A DNA stretch of 64,000 nt from Octopus sinensis (taxonomy: Eukaryota): the NCBI RefSeq assembly GCF_006345805.1, contig NC_042999.1, positions 87,048,001 to 87,112,000 on the forward strand, read 5' to 3'. The first letter of the stretch is position 1, and each line of letters starts with the position of its first letter. The notes under the pieces are model-generated. The model worked only from the letters and a program-made list of their open reading frames with translations, ran no database searches and was not told where the DNA came from. A program made the translations under genes and the position numbers. This document shows positions 1 to 10,980 of this stretch, piece by piece.

Positions 1-239
1 TTAGCATTGCACTTTTTACAGATGAAACATTAGCCCTGTTGGAGTCATTTTCATACTTAATCATATTTTGTAGTAGGGGTTCTGAATGAGGGGAAGATGT
101 GAGATAACCACCAAAAATGGCTGTGCAAAATGTTTTCAGCCATCCCACATAAACAAATCAAGATAAAGTGTTTTAAAACAGATAAATGTTTATAATGAAA
201 ATTTATAACATGTTCATTTCAAGAAGTTACTGTATATTG

Positions 240-732
240 TTAATATTTTGTGTAGCTCCCCTTAACTTGAATAATAGCTTCAGTGCACCTGGGAAGAGAT
301 GTGTACAAATCCTTCACCATCTTCACAAGTATGAGATGCCATTCTCTGTGGTTGACCTCTCACAACTCTTCCACATTGCATGGATTCTTCTGACAAACAC
401 TTCTCTTTAGTTCTGTCCACATTTGCTTGATATTTAAGTCAGGGTTCTGAGCTGGCCAATCTTCCAATATGATAACACCTTCATCAGCCAGACTGTTGTG
501 GTGCATGCAATCTGTGACATGGAGTTCCATTATACTGAAAAATCTCACCTTCATCCAAGTCTGATAGCAAATTGTCCTTCAGCAACTTGATGTAATTGGC
601 ACTATTCAAGTTACTGTCAATTTTAACCGACTTTCTTGAACAATCACTTTTTATGTATCCCCAAAGCATCAGACTCTTGCTCTCAAACTTCACTGTTTTC
701 ATTGTGTTAACATAGGTTGTCTTGCTTTCCAA
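240..732 (-). pseudogene. Tc1 transposase C-terminal fragment (left arm), frameshifted
   Basis: ORFs 484..732 and 360..554: KTVKFESKSLMLWGYI...EIFQYNGTPCH...DWPAQNPDLNIKQMW..LK, the Tc1 DDE-domain motifs. Confidence 0.88.
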
Positions 733-784
733 TAAATGAGAATTTTCCAGAAGGCCTTCAGGAAAGCAAAATGACCCACATTAC

Positions 785-1254
785 ATGAAGAAAACAGTGA
801 AGTTTGGGGGTAAGAGTCTGATGCTTTGGGGATACATAAAAAGTGATTGTTCAAGAAAGTCGGTTAAAATTGACAGTAACTTGAATAGTGCCAAATACAT
901 CAAGTTGCTGAAGAACAATTTGCTATCAGACTTGGATGAAGGTGAGATTTTTCAGCATAATGGAGCTCCATGCCACAGATCACATGCAAAACAATAGAGT
1001 CTGGGTGTTGAAGGTATTACTGTATTGAAAGATTGGCCAGCTCAGAGTTCTGACTTAGATGTCATTGAGCAAATGTGGAGAGAACTAAAGAGAAGAGTTT
1101 TTCAGAAGAATTCACACCATGTTGAAGAGTTGTGGGGGTCAGCCACAGAGAATGGAATCTCATACCTGTGAAAATGGTGAGGGATTTGTATGCATCTCTC
1201 CCCAGGTGCACTGAAGCAATTATGCAAGCTAAGGGAAACCACATGAAATATTAA
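785..1254 (+). pseudogene. Tc1 transposase C-terminal fragment (right arm), with stops and frameshifts
   Basis: KTVKFGGKSLMLWG...IFQHNGAPCH...DWPAQSSDLDVIEQMWRELK; ends AAA TAT TAA at 1246-1254. Confidence 0.88.
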
Positions 1255-1879
1255 CAATGTACAGTAACTTCATGGAATGAACATTAGGTAATAAATTTTC
1301 ATTATAGACATTTTTCTGTTTTAAAACACTGTATCTTGATTGGTTTATGTGCAGTGGCTGAAAACTTTTGCATGGCTATTTTTGGCAGTTGTCTCGCATC
1401 TTCCCTTCTCATTCAAAATCCATACTACAAAATATGATTAGGTATGGAAACAACTGTAACAGTGCCAATGTTTCATCTGCAAAAAAACAATGCAAAACAT
1501 CCACTTATAGGTTGGCAATTAGTAGAAACTTACAATAGTTTAACATGGCCATAGACTTTCGCACAGTACTGTATATATTAAGTTATAAATATTTTACTAA
1601 ATCCTCTCAAAAATTTTGATTATATTGAAAAATCAACTGAAACAAATACTACTCATTAGAAATACATTCACAAATGGTTAATTCAGATTATAAGTTTTAA
1701 ATATTCAAAACTGAATGCCAATATATAATCACCACAACTTATTGTAAAATAAAACCTGTTTGAGATGCAGTATTATATTTATTATATAGTTGGAGTTTCT
1801 TCAATTTTCAGAAACAATGACAAAGAATTTCAGCAGAGAATTGTAAATCTTAATCATTTTCACATTCCCTTTTCGATGT

Positions 1880-2100
1880 TTACATGGGTCAGACAAAATC
1901 CATTGAGGAAGATTTTCTATAGTTGGATGCCCTCCCTGTCATTACCCCTTACCTGTTTCCAAGCAAGGTGATATTACCTCATGGCCAGATGTTTTCATAA
2001 CATGTTGGAAAAGAATGACAACATTTGTATGATAGCAACTCATTCACAACTATTGTGTAATGTCAAAACATGGAGACAAATACACACACAGACACATAAA
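1880..2100 (-). mobile_element. Decayed SINE fragment (RTE-tailed family)
   Basis: Shares GATTTTCTATAGTTGGATGCCCT...CCTTACCTGTTTCCAAG with copies at 3385-3660 and 61455-61830. Confidence 0.6.
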
Positions 2101-2352
2101 AACAGAAAAAAAATATCAACAGAATATTAGAATACTCTTAAGAATTCATTTTCTTTAGGAACAGATAATGCTTCCATTTTAAAGTAATTTTTAGAAATAA
2201 AAATTTTCTAGTAAGACTCCTGGAAATTCCATGTTTTACATTTTCTTTTTTTAATTTTGACGCATAAATTATAAAGTTTTCATAAAACTGTTTCATTATA
2301 TTAAAGATTTCAATTATGTCTTTGATTCTGTTCCACAGTCAACTCCGTTTAA

Positions 2353-2575
2353 CCTTTCAGCATTTAAACTAGCCATATCTAGTCCAAATATTCTACCTGT
2401 TTTATGTTCTAACCGGCCATCTCTGGCCTCTCACAGCTACCCTACAATATCAGTCTAAAGATAAATGCATCATCAAAATCTCAGAAGTTCAAGGTAATGC
2501 ATGATTAATTCAAAGTAATGTGCATAAATAAACATAACATTTGACAGTGCAATCTCAATATTTAAATGTTAAAGT
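2353..2575. mobile_element. Decayed TTAA-flanked MITE (family A, CCCTTTAGCA-type ends)
   Basis: TTAACCTTTCAGCATT at the left end; internal homology to the better-preserved copy at 28865-29079. Confidence 0.6.
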
Positions 2576-2984
2576 GCAATATTTCAACACATGAACAGTA
2601 TGAGAAGCAGAATATTATAGACATGGATCTATTTTTATTCCATAGCTATCACTGAGGAAGAAAAGATTAAAGTAAAATAAAGCATAATTAGTGAGACATG
2701 AAACAAGGGAAAGATATCAGGCTTTGTAAATATTTCTTTCACAAATTCCATGAATTTTAGAAGTTACAATGCAACTCCATGAGTATTGGGTCAAAGTATC
2801 AGTCACTTTGACAGGTTTATGGTCAAGTCTGTGGCAGTGGGAACTTCCAGCAGATGGTCTGAATTACAGAAAATTGAGAGAATGTAAGAACTTCATAGCC
2901 TACTACATGAAAAATAAACCTCAAACACACAAAATATTATTTTAATTATAATGCTGTCTCAGCTAAATATATTTCACATTGGTG

Positions 2985-3235
2985 CTACTCTAAGCAATGC
3001 TGGAGGGAACTGCGGCTATCTCTAGTGGATGAGTATCCACCACCAAAGATGACCACAAAGAGGTCAAAACCATATGGTCTGATGGTCTTGTGGATGGAAG
3101 ATGGTAGGGGTTTGCTCCCCTGCTTGCAATATAAATTGGGTGCAGATTGCATTGAATAACCAGCTGGAGGAGGCATCCTCCTGGGGTCGAAAAAAACAGC
3201 AGTAATGTCAGTTCTTATGGAACTGACATGTTTAA
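2985..3235. other. GC-rich segment with a dense series of short hairpins; identity unknown
   Basis: Stems read directly: GTGGAT/ATCCAC, GACC/GGTC, ACCATATGGT, AGGGG/CCCCT, AGGAGG/CCTCCT, ATGTCAGTTC/GAACTGACAT. Confidence 0.5.
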
Positions 3236-3384
3236 GTGGCAATAAACATTACTTCTCAGTATAGTTACTGCTTTCATCTCTTATAAAGATTTTCTAACTA
3301 GCGAATTTCAAAGTACTTATCCAGTATTTTTAAGAAATGTGATGTTCAGTAATGCAATATAGACTTACACATCATTCATAGTAT

Positions 3385-3915
3385 CATCATCATTTTAATA
3401 GCCACTTTTCTATGCTTGCATCAGCCAGAGTTTATTGAGGCAGATTTTCTAGGGCTGGATATCCTTCATATCAATGCTCACCTGTTTCCAAGTGAATATT
3501 TCCCCATGGCTACATACAGCCTCACAGAATACTGAAAATGAATTACACTGCTTGTATGACATTAACAATCATTTTCAACTATCACAGGATATCAAGACAA
3601 AGAGATACAAGCTTACAAAGAGTTACACATGTGTGTGTGTGCATGCACACACACGTACAGCTTAGTGCACTCTTCTGATATGCCAGCTCCTATCAAACTT
3701 CAATCCAAGCCAGCATGGAAAACATGTTAAATGATGATATATATATATATATACATATGGGCTTCTTTCAGTTTCTGCCAACCAAATCCACTCACAAAGT
3801 TTTGGTCATCCTGAGGTTATAGCAGAAAACCCTTGCCCACAGTGGCATGCACTAAGTATGAACCTGGAATCACATTGAGAAGCAAACCTCGTAGCACACA
3901 CCCTCATCTGTGCCT
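3385..3915 (-). mobile_element. SINE cluster: RTE-tailed SINE body (3385-3660), short opposite-strand RTE-type tail (3665-3740), tRNA/CORE-like head (3755-3915)
   Basis: CATCATCAT tail; GGGCTTCTTTCAGTTTC...AAATCCACTCACAAAG motif shared with the 8105-8476 and 32235-32542 copies. Confidence 0.65.
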
Positions 3916-4149
3916 CGTGACAGGAAAAATGAAATATAAAACTGTCACTACTAGCAGTTTGTACTATGTTTCTAAGCAGACTGGAAGCTGAACAAATTTA
4001 CCTGTTTTTTTTTTTGGTTTGTTTTTCTACAATTATAATGGGAAATGAATAAGTAGCAAGATGCTGTGTTGGAGAAAACCAATCCACAAATGCAATCATG
4101 GAAAAGCAGATGTAAAATGATGTAACACAATATGTAATTATCTTTTATC

Positions 4150-5185
4150 ATATCCTTTACTAGTTTTAGTCATTGGACTGCAGCCATACTGGGGCACTGC
4201 CTTGAAGGGTTTTATTCTATGTGTCTCTTTTGCGAAACCTAAGTTACAAGAGCAAATAAACCAATTAGTTGTCAAGCAGTTGAGGGACAGACACAAACAC
4301 ACATATGGTACCATCCCTTAATGAGGTTAATTAAACCTCTAATTGAATAAATATATATACATACACACACACACACACACAAACACACACAGAGTGTGGT
4401 GAATAAAGTATCGTCTAAATTACGCAAAAATGAAAATAACACATCGCATTTTAACATATTATTTACCAAAATTACATAAAAATACCTTAAAGTACTAAAG
4501 AGGAAATTTATTCAATAAAATCACCACTGGCTTCAACCTCCAGACAACTTTGGAATCTCCTGCAACTCTTCTGGACGGTCTCCTTCTTTCAGTTGGTGAA
4601 TACTGCGATAATCCTTGCCTTCAGTCCCTCTTTGGTGTTACATGGAGTTTTGTTGGTCTCTTACTCAACTGTGCCCCACACATAATAACCAAGGGGGTTG
4701 CAATCTGAGGAGTTAGATGGCCAGATGTTAGGAGTGATGTGGTCACAGAAATTGTCTGACAGACATGACTGGGTTCTCCTGTTTGTGTGGCATGGTGCAG
4801 AGCCCTGTTGCCAGACATAGGGTTTTCCAGTAGCCACTCTCTTGACTAAGAGCTGCACTACCTCCTCCACACACTTGATGTAGGCCTCAGTGTTGAGTCT
4901 GAGGCTGTGTGGGAAGATGATAGGAGGCATAACGTTGTCATCACTGGTGATCACTCCAAACACTACAATGTTGACTGGATGTTTGATTTTTATCACTCTC
5001 AGTACATGTCCTCAGACTGACACCTACACATTCTGAAATGTTTGTATAGGAGCTTCCAGCACAAATACGTAGCAGTACAGCATGTTATTTCCAAATTTCT
5101 GGCAGAATCAATTGCATCATGGTGGTGTTATTCTCAAAGACAGTGCCCAACTGACTATTATACTGTGTATTTACCCATCGCACCC

Positions 5186-5234
<49 letters not shown>

Positions 5235-5410
5235 CACATACATACACACACAGAGGATGTGCTTCTTTCAGTTTCCAAGTCCACTGACAAAGATTTGGTC
5301 AGCTCAGGACAATAGTAGAAGACAACTGCCCAAAGTGCAATACTGTGGGACTGAACTCAAAGCCAAGTGGTTGGGAAGTAAACTTCTTACCACACAACCA
5401 CGCCTGCATC
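4150..5410 (-). mobile_element. tRNA-derived CORE-like SINE split by a maT insertion (3' part ~4150-4300, 5' part ~5230-5410)
   Basis: Minus-strand head GCAGGCGTGGTTGTGTGGTAAG...GAGTTCAGTCC (A/B-box-like); the two parts are collinear with the copy at 32235-32542. Confidence 0.75.
4390..5187 (-). mobile_element. Internally deleted DD37D (maT) Tc1/mariner element
   Basis: ORF 4661..4996 has QQ(G)SAPCH...WPSNSSDCNPL(G)YYVW with 37 residues between the decayed second and third catalytic positions. Imperfect TIRs: CAGAGTGTGGTGAATAAA versus TAGGGTGCGATGGGTAAA (reverse complement of the right end). Confidence 0.85.
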
Positions 5411-6384
5411 TGAACGATAGCATAACATTGTTAATCTCATGCCAAAAACATTAGTGAGATTTGACAGGAAGAGAACAATGTTTCACAACACTAACAATAA
5501 TATTTTTTGCTCTGTCAAACTTATTTTATTATTTTTATAGTAATGGGTTGAAAACTAATTAATATAATTATTGTCTCACTTTCTACAATTAGAGAAATTT
5601 GAAATGAAGAAATGGTTGTAAATATCTAGATGATACATCAAAAAGTAATATGGTTACAGTTATAACTAGTACATATTTTATAAAGAGAATAATGATCTAT
5701 TTCAGAGGAAATTATCAGCAATCTTTCAAGCATCACCCCCATCACAGGGCATTCATCTTTTCTGTACAACCAGTCATCCCTCACTCCACTCTGAGGCACT
5801 TCCTATTGTCAACCACCACTTACTGTTATTTGGCCACCTCTACTATTACCCACTGCCTATTCTCCCCAGTCTTCACCCCAATCACTGTGTCTGCAATCAC
5901 ACACATTCTGCTTCTTCTGTCGTCATATGCTCTCCTATTCAGCTTCTCAGTTTAGTTGCTTTCAGCTAATGTGCTTGTCTTACAGCACTCTTTACTCTTA
6001 CAGAGCACATGACAATCTTATTGAACTGATGTAATGATCAATTGATCCCAGTACACTCCTATAAAGTGGTTGGCAAATGAGCAGAGAAAGTTTATGGTCA
6101 AAAGGACTAAAGTATTTCATGCAGATGATAGGACAACCCCTCTAATGTTTGTGCAATAATGAAATGTGTTCAGTACATTTGGTAAAGGGATTGATTGGAG
6201 TTGGGAAGAATGTCCACTGAAAGAAACAAAATCAAATATGAAATGTACAAACAACAGGATTATCCCACCCAGCTATGTGGGCAGTGGTCCCAATAATAAC
6301 AGGCAAAGACTTTAACAACCTGCCAAACCTGTGTCAACATAGAAAGTGACCATAAAACGATAATGTTGAACAAAATAAAACTAT

Positions 6385-6615
6385 ATAGTAAATAATAATC
6401 TTTTCTACTAAAGGCAGAAGACCTGAAATTTGTGGGGAGGTGACTAGTTGATTATATCAACCCCAGTGTTTCACTGGTACTTAACTCACCGACCTTAAAA
6501 GGATGAAAGACAAAGTTGACCTCAGTGGAATTTGAATTCCGAATGTAAAGACAAACAAAATGTCACTAAGCATTTTGCCTGGTGAGCTAACAATTCTGCC
6601 AGCTTGCCACCTTAA
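6385..6615 (-). mobile_element. Older tRNA-derived SINE with the GGTGAGCTGGCAGAA head and an alternative tail (AAATTTCAGG...GTAGAAAAGATTATTATT)
   Basis: Head and middle match 29257-29488; the 3' end differs. Confidence 0.75.
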
Positions 6616-6774
6616 TAATAAAACAATAAAAGTAAAATACACATTGATTTTTTTATATTTGTCTTATATCTATTTACAACACATGCTTCCAGGCCCAGAT
6701 ATTGTAACAACAAAGATTCACATCTCCATCAATATAAGATTATATTAATAGATCTAGCAAACAATTTTCCCCAC

Positions 6775-7775
6775 CTGGCATTGAGCACATTCAGATGGTG
6801 CTTTTTACATGCCTCTGGCATGGGAGCCAGTTAGGGGCACCACGCCCAGCTACAATATTGGTCTTATTTGACTCAACAGGTCTTCTCAAGCATATCATAT
6901 CGTCTGACATATCAGGGGTATTCTTCACAGGGCTGGACATGTGTGGCTGCAATCTCACTTTAGTTGCTGGGTCTTCTCAATCACAGCATATCTCTAAAGG
7001 TCCCAGTCTCCTGTTATTGCCTCTGCAAGGCCCAATGTTCAAAGGTCATTCTTCACCACCTCATCCCATGTCTTCTTGGGTCTACCTCTTCCACATGATC
7101 CTTCTACAGTTTGAGAGTGGCACTTCCTCACACAGCTGTCTTCATTCATATGTAACACATTGCCATACCAGTGCAGTCTCCTCTCTTGCACACCACATTT
7201 GATGATTCTTATGCACAACTTTTCTCTCAGGGTGCTTGCACTTTCATGTATGCACACTGACATTACACATCCAGTGGATCATACTAGCTTCATTTCTTTC
7301 AAGCCTACGCATGTCCTCAGTATTCATGGCCCATGTTTCACTACTATGTAGCATGGTAGTTTGCACACATGCATCATAGTCTACCTTTCACCCTGAGTGA
7401 GAGGCCCTAAGTTGCCAGTAGAGGTAGGAGCTCCCTGAACTTTACCCAGGCTATTCTTACTCTAATCACTACACTCTCAGAGCAACCGCCCCCACTACAG
7501 ATTTGGTCACCTAGGTAGCAGAAGCTATTAACTACTACTAGTTTCTTCCCCTGGCATGTGATGGAATCTGTTTTCTGTACATCTTCAGTGTTTATTGCCA
7601 CAGTGCATCTGCCGCATAAAAACTATTTTCCCAGTGAACCTTCTTTTGATATTGCTGCACCTTTTATGTGTCCATAGCTTACACCAGGTACATCATATGG
7701 AGTTTCTACCCATGCCTTTTCTACAGATTGAGCTAGGCCATCCACAACCAACACAGAAATCATTCATGAAAACAT
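6775..7775 (-). mobile_element. 5'-truncated RTE LINE fragment (RT C-terminus and part of the 3' UTR)
   Basis: Peptides SFCYLGDQICSGGGCSESVVIRVRIAWVKFRELLPLL and ERRLHWYGNVLHM..GRGRPKKTW; collinear with about 52530-53420. Confidence 0.9.
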
Positions 7776-7895
7776 TGCTTAAATAGCCACTAAGTCAAAC
7801 AGTGTAACAAAGTGTATATAGACTAATTTACATATTAAACACATTCCTTGCAGCTGGTACCCCATATCAATTGCTGGTGGGGACGCCATATTTTG

Positions 7896-8567
7896 CTCAG
7901 CAACCATAATATAGTACCAAATACATTAAAGATTTGTAAGTCAGTACTGTCCAACATTTTTTGTGTTAGCAGTGTGATTAAATCACTTTTAGCTATCTCT
8001 ACAGATATTCTATAGAATTTAGAGCCAGCACTGAAAGTCAAAACTTTTTGCATATGAATACGTCAATGCAAACAATGCGATTGAAGACAGTAAAATAGGT
8101 AATGAGTGTATTCTTTTATTGTTTTGTTTGTCATTTGACTAGCCATGCTGGAGCACTGACTGAAGGATTTTAGTTGAACAAAATCCCAAGACTTATTTTT
8201 TAAGCCTAATATTCTATTGGTCTCTTTTGCCAATCCGCTAAGTTGTGGGGCTGTAAACAAACCAACACCAGTTAAGTGGTGGAGCAAATATAGACACACA
8301 CACAGATATATACATATACACGATGGGCTTCTTTCAGTTTCCATCTCCCAAGTTCAACCATAAGGCTTTGGTCGGCCCAAGGATATAGTAGAAGACACTT
8401 GCCCAAGGTGCTACAAAACAGGATTGAGTCCAAAGCCATATGGTTGGGAAGCAAGTTTCTTACCATGCAGCCACATGTGATTTAATCACACTGCTAACAC
8501 AAAAAATGTTGGACAGTACTGACTTACAAATCTTTAATGTATTTGGTACTATATTATGGTTGCTGAG
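7896..8567. repeat. Perfect 91-bp inverted duplication (7896-7986 and 8477-8567)
   Basis: 8477-8567 is the exact reverse complement of 7896-7986 by base-by-base reading; the same peptide DLITLLTQKMLDSTDLQIFNVFGTILWLLS appears in ORFs on opposite strands. Confidence 0.92.
8105..8476 (-). mobile_element. tRNA-derived CORE-like SINE with internal (CA/TA)n
   Basis: CCATGCTGGAGCAC tail motif, GATGGGCTTCTTTCAGTTTCC...GAAGACACTTGCCCAAGG body, head ending at 8476. Confidence 0.85.
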
Positions 8568-8669
8568 TTACTGCTCCTTCTTCAACACCACATCCAATTC
8601 TTATATATGTGTAAGTGCTCAATGTGGCAAAATCATTGCAGGGAATGAATACAGGCTCTAGATATTAAA

Positions 8670-10880
8670 AGTTGACTCATTGGCTTGACCATCTAGAGAC
8701 CAAAGCAATGGCAATCTGGAGTGATAATCCTAAAAGAGGGAGAGGAAAGAGAGTGCTTTAATCATAGTGGTATCAACTTGTCCAGGATCTTTTGTAGAGT
8801 CTATACTAGGTGTCTGGAAAAAAGATGAAGGAAAGTTGTAGAGACCAAGCTTGCTGAAGAACAGTGTGGCTTCTATCTTGGACGCAGTACAATTGACAAG
8901 ATAATCCTTCTATGGCAGGTTCTCGAGAAATCAAGAGGTGAATGCTTTTGTAGACCTCAAAAAGGCATATAAATACATGCCACAGGACCCGAGATTAATG
9001 TGCAACTTCAAAAATGTCCAAATGATGACGTTCAAGTAAATAATGTTATGTCACAAACTGGGTGCGTGTTGGACTTCAGCAGAATGTACAGGGTGTCCCA
9101 AAATTAAGGCAACTGAAGTTTGGGGCTTTAATAACTATCAATAAATGTGATAAGATATGAAAATTATACATCATTATAAATTAGATAATGGCTATAGACT
9201 GAAATACAATCATAACCTTCCACAAAGGAGAAGAAAGTAATACAGCCATAGCAAAAAAGCTTAAAATTAACCAAACAGTTTGGAAAATTGTCAAGAAAAT
9301 TCAAGAGATTGGTTCCACTGCTGATCAACCTAGGCATGGCCAAAAAAGAAGTGTGCAACCCATCAGTTTATCAAAAGTACAAGAGAAAAGATGGCAAAAT
9401 TCTCATTGTTGTTAAAAAACTGGCTGCCACAGCAAAAATAAGCCAAACATCAATGTATTGAGTGCTGAAAGATCTCAGGACCCACTCCAACAAGACGATC
9501 TGCTGTCATAATCTCTCTCAAGTTTAGAAGGCCATAAGACTGGAGAGAAGTCATATTATTCTGTGTCAGGTTGCTGAGGGCACAGTGCTCAACCTGGTGT
9601 TCACTGATGAAAAGAAATTTGACACTGAACAGACACTAAACCACCAGAATGATTGACTTTGGAGTGTGTCTGGCTCCATTGCGCTTAGACTCATAAATCA
9701 ATATCAAAATCCACAGTCAGTTATGGTTTGGGCAACTGTGGAAGGTCTCCCCTAGTTTTTGTGCCTGTGGGTGTTAAAATTAACACCTAGCTATACATTA
9801 GCGACATTCTGGAAGCTGAACTGCTTTCATGGGTGAATGAACACTTTAAAGGTGCACCTTGGAACCTCCAACAGGACTTGGCACCATCCCACAGTTCCAA
9901 ACAGACAACACTGGATTCAGAAAAATATTCCATCACTCATAGACAAGGATGTATGGCCCTCAAGAAACCCTGATCTCAACCCATTGGATTTTTCTGCTTG
10001 GTCCATTTTGGAGACTAGGGTCTCAAGCACTACTCATGCAATACAACACTAAGAATGATGTTCAATTCTGCAAGAACAGCTGTGTGCCTCATGTGAAGCA
10101 ACTGTGATTCAAAATAGAGGTGGTCATATTGAATAAATGTGGTAGTGTCATAATTGTGTTTCCTTTACCATTGCATTCTAACACCTGGACCTGAAATACA
10201 ATATTTTGCTTTTACAAAATTGAAAAATGTTGGCTGCCTTAATTTTGGGACACCCTGTATATTGTTACAGTTCCTTATCATGATTTTTGTGCACTGGATT
10301 GAATTGTGCAGCTGTTGTGGAAGTGGTATCACGATTGGATGTAGAATTGGTCCACTGATATTTGCAGGTGGCATGGATGGTGCTGCTTGGCTCAACAGAA
10401 AGTGATTTCCAGCATGCACTGAAAGGGTTTACTGTCAAGTGCTGCAATGCAGGGATGATAATTAGTGTTGCAAAGATTGAGACATTGGTCCTCTCAAGAA
10501 CATCATTCCAGGGCACTCTGTATGTTAGTAGAATATCACTGAGACAAGTTTAAGAATTTTGGGGCCATATTCATGAGTAATGGAGGTTCAACTGGGTGCT
10601 ACAATTGCAAGTGGTGACACAGTAATGCACCAGCATTAAATCCTCAGAAGAGGATTTAATGCAATTAGAATGCCACAAGAAAGAATTGGAAGACAAATTC
10701 TTCAAACCAATCAACAGGAGACTGAGGGCTGACCAAGAAAGAGATGGTTGGATAATACTTATAGTCTCAGTTGGTCATGCCAGGGAATCCAGCCAGAAAA
10801 TCTAACGATGGTTGCTTCTGATAGGACCTATGGAGGAGGTACCGGGGAACTCTCCTCCCACAACCATTCTAGGAATAGAG
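8670..10880 (+). mobile_element. Decayed RTE-clade LINE of a second family, interrupted by a maT element (parts 8670-9088 and 10260-10880)
   Basis: KLAEEQCGFYLGRSTIDKI...AFVDLKKAY before the insertion; LLGSTESDFQHAL..F...C..AGM.IS.AK.E.LVLSR after it. Removing the insert rejoins a degenerate GLxQGCVL-type RT motif. Confidence 0.85.
9089..10257 (+). mobile_element. Near full-length decayed DD37D (maT) transposon, 1169 bp, with TA target duplication
   Basis: TIR CAGGGTGTCCCAAAATTAAGGCA at both ends; TA at 9087-9088 and 10258-10259. Transposase remnants VFTDEKKF...VMVWA...QQDLAPSH...WPSRNPDLNPLDFSAWSILE (D-37-D across a 1-nt frameshift). Confidence 0.93.
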
Positions 10881-10894
10881 AGCAGACAAGATGT

Positions 10895-10980
10895 ATATAT
10901 ATGTGTGTGTATGCATGTGCATGCATGCACATATGTGTATGCTTGCATGTATATATGCATACGTGTATGTGTGTATAGTG
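10895..10980. repeat. Alternating purine-pyrimidine microsatellite (TG/CATG/TA mix)
   Basis: GTGTGTATGCATGTGCATGCATGCACATATGTGTATG... Confidence 0.8.

Larger units (their letters stand above)
1..1571. mobile_element. Tc1-family foldback (palindromic) non-autonomous element; left end lies outside the window
   Basis: 1-730 is the reverse complement of about 759-1495, with a ~28-bp spacer (731-758). The right end reads CTTTCGCACAGTACTG then TA (1572-1573), a Tc1-type terminus with TA target. Both arms encode the C-terminal half of a Tc1 transposase. Confidence 0.9.

Noticed and set aside
2600-2680. Strong minus-strand acceptor (also one near 6215)
   Set aside because: The following sequence hits stops quickly and does not encode Rap1 exon 3; such acceptors are expected by chance in T-rich introns.
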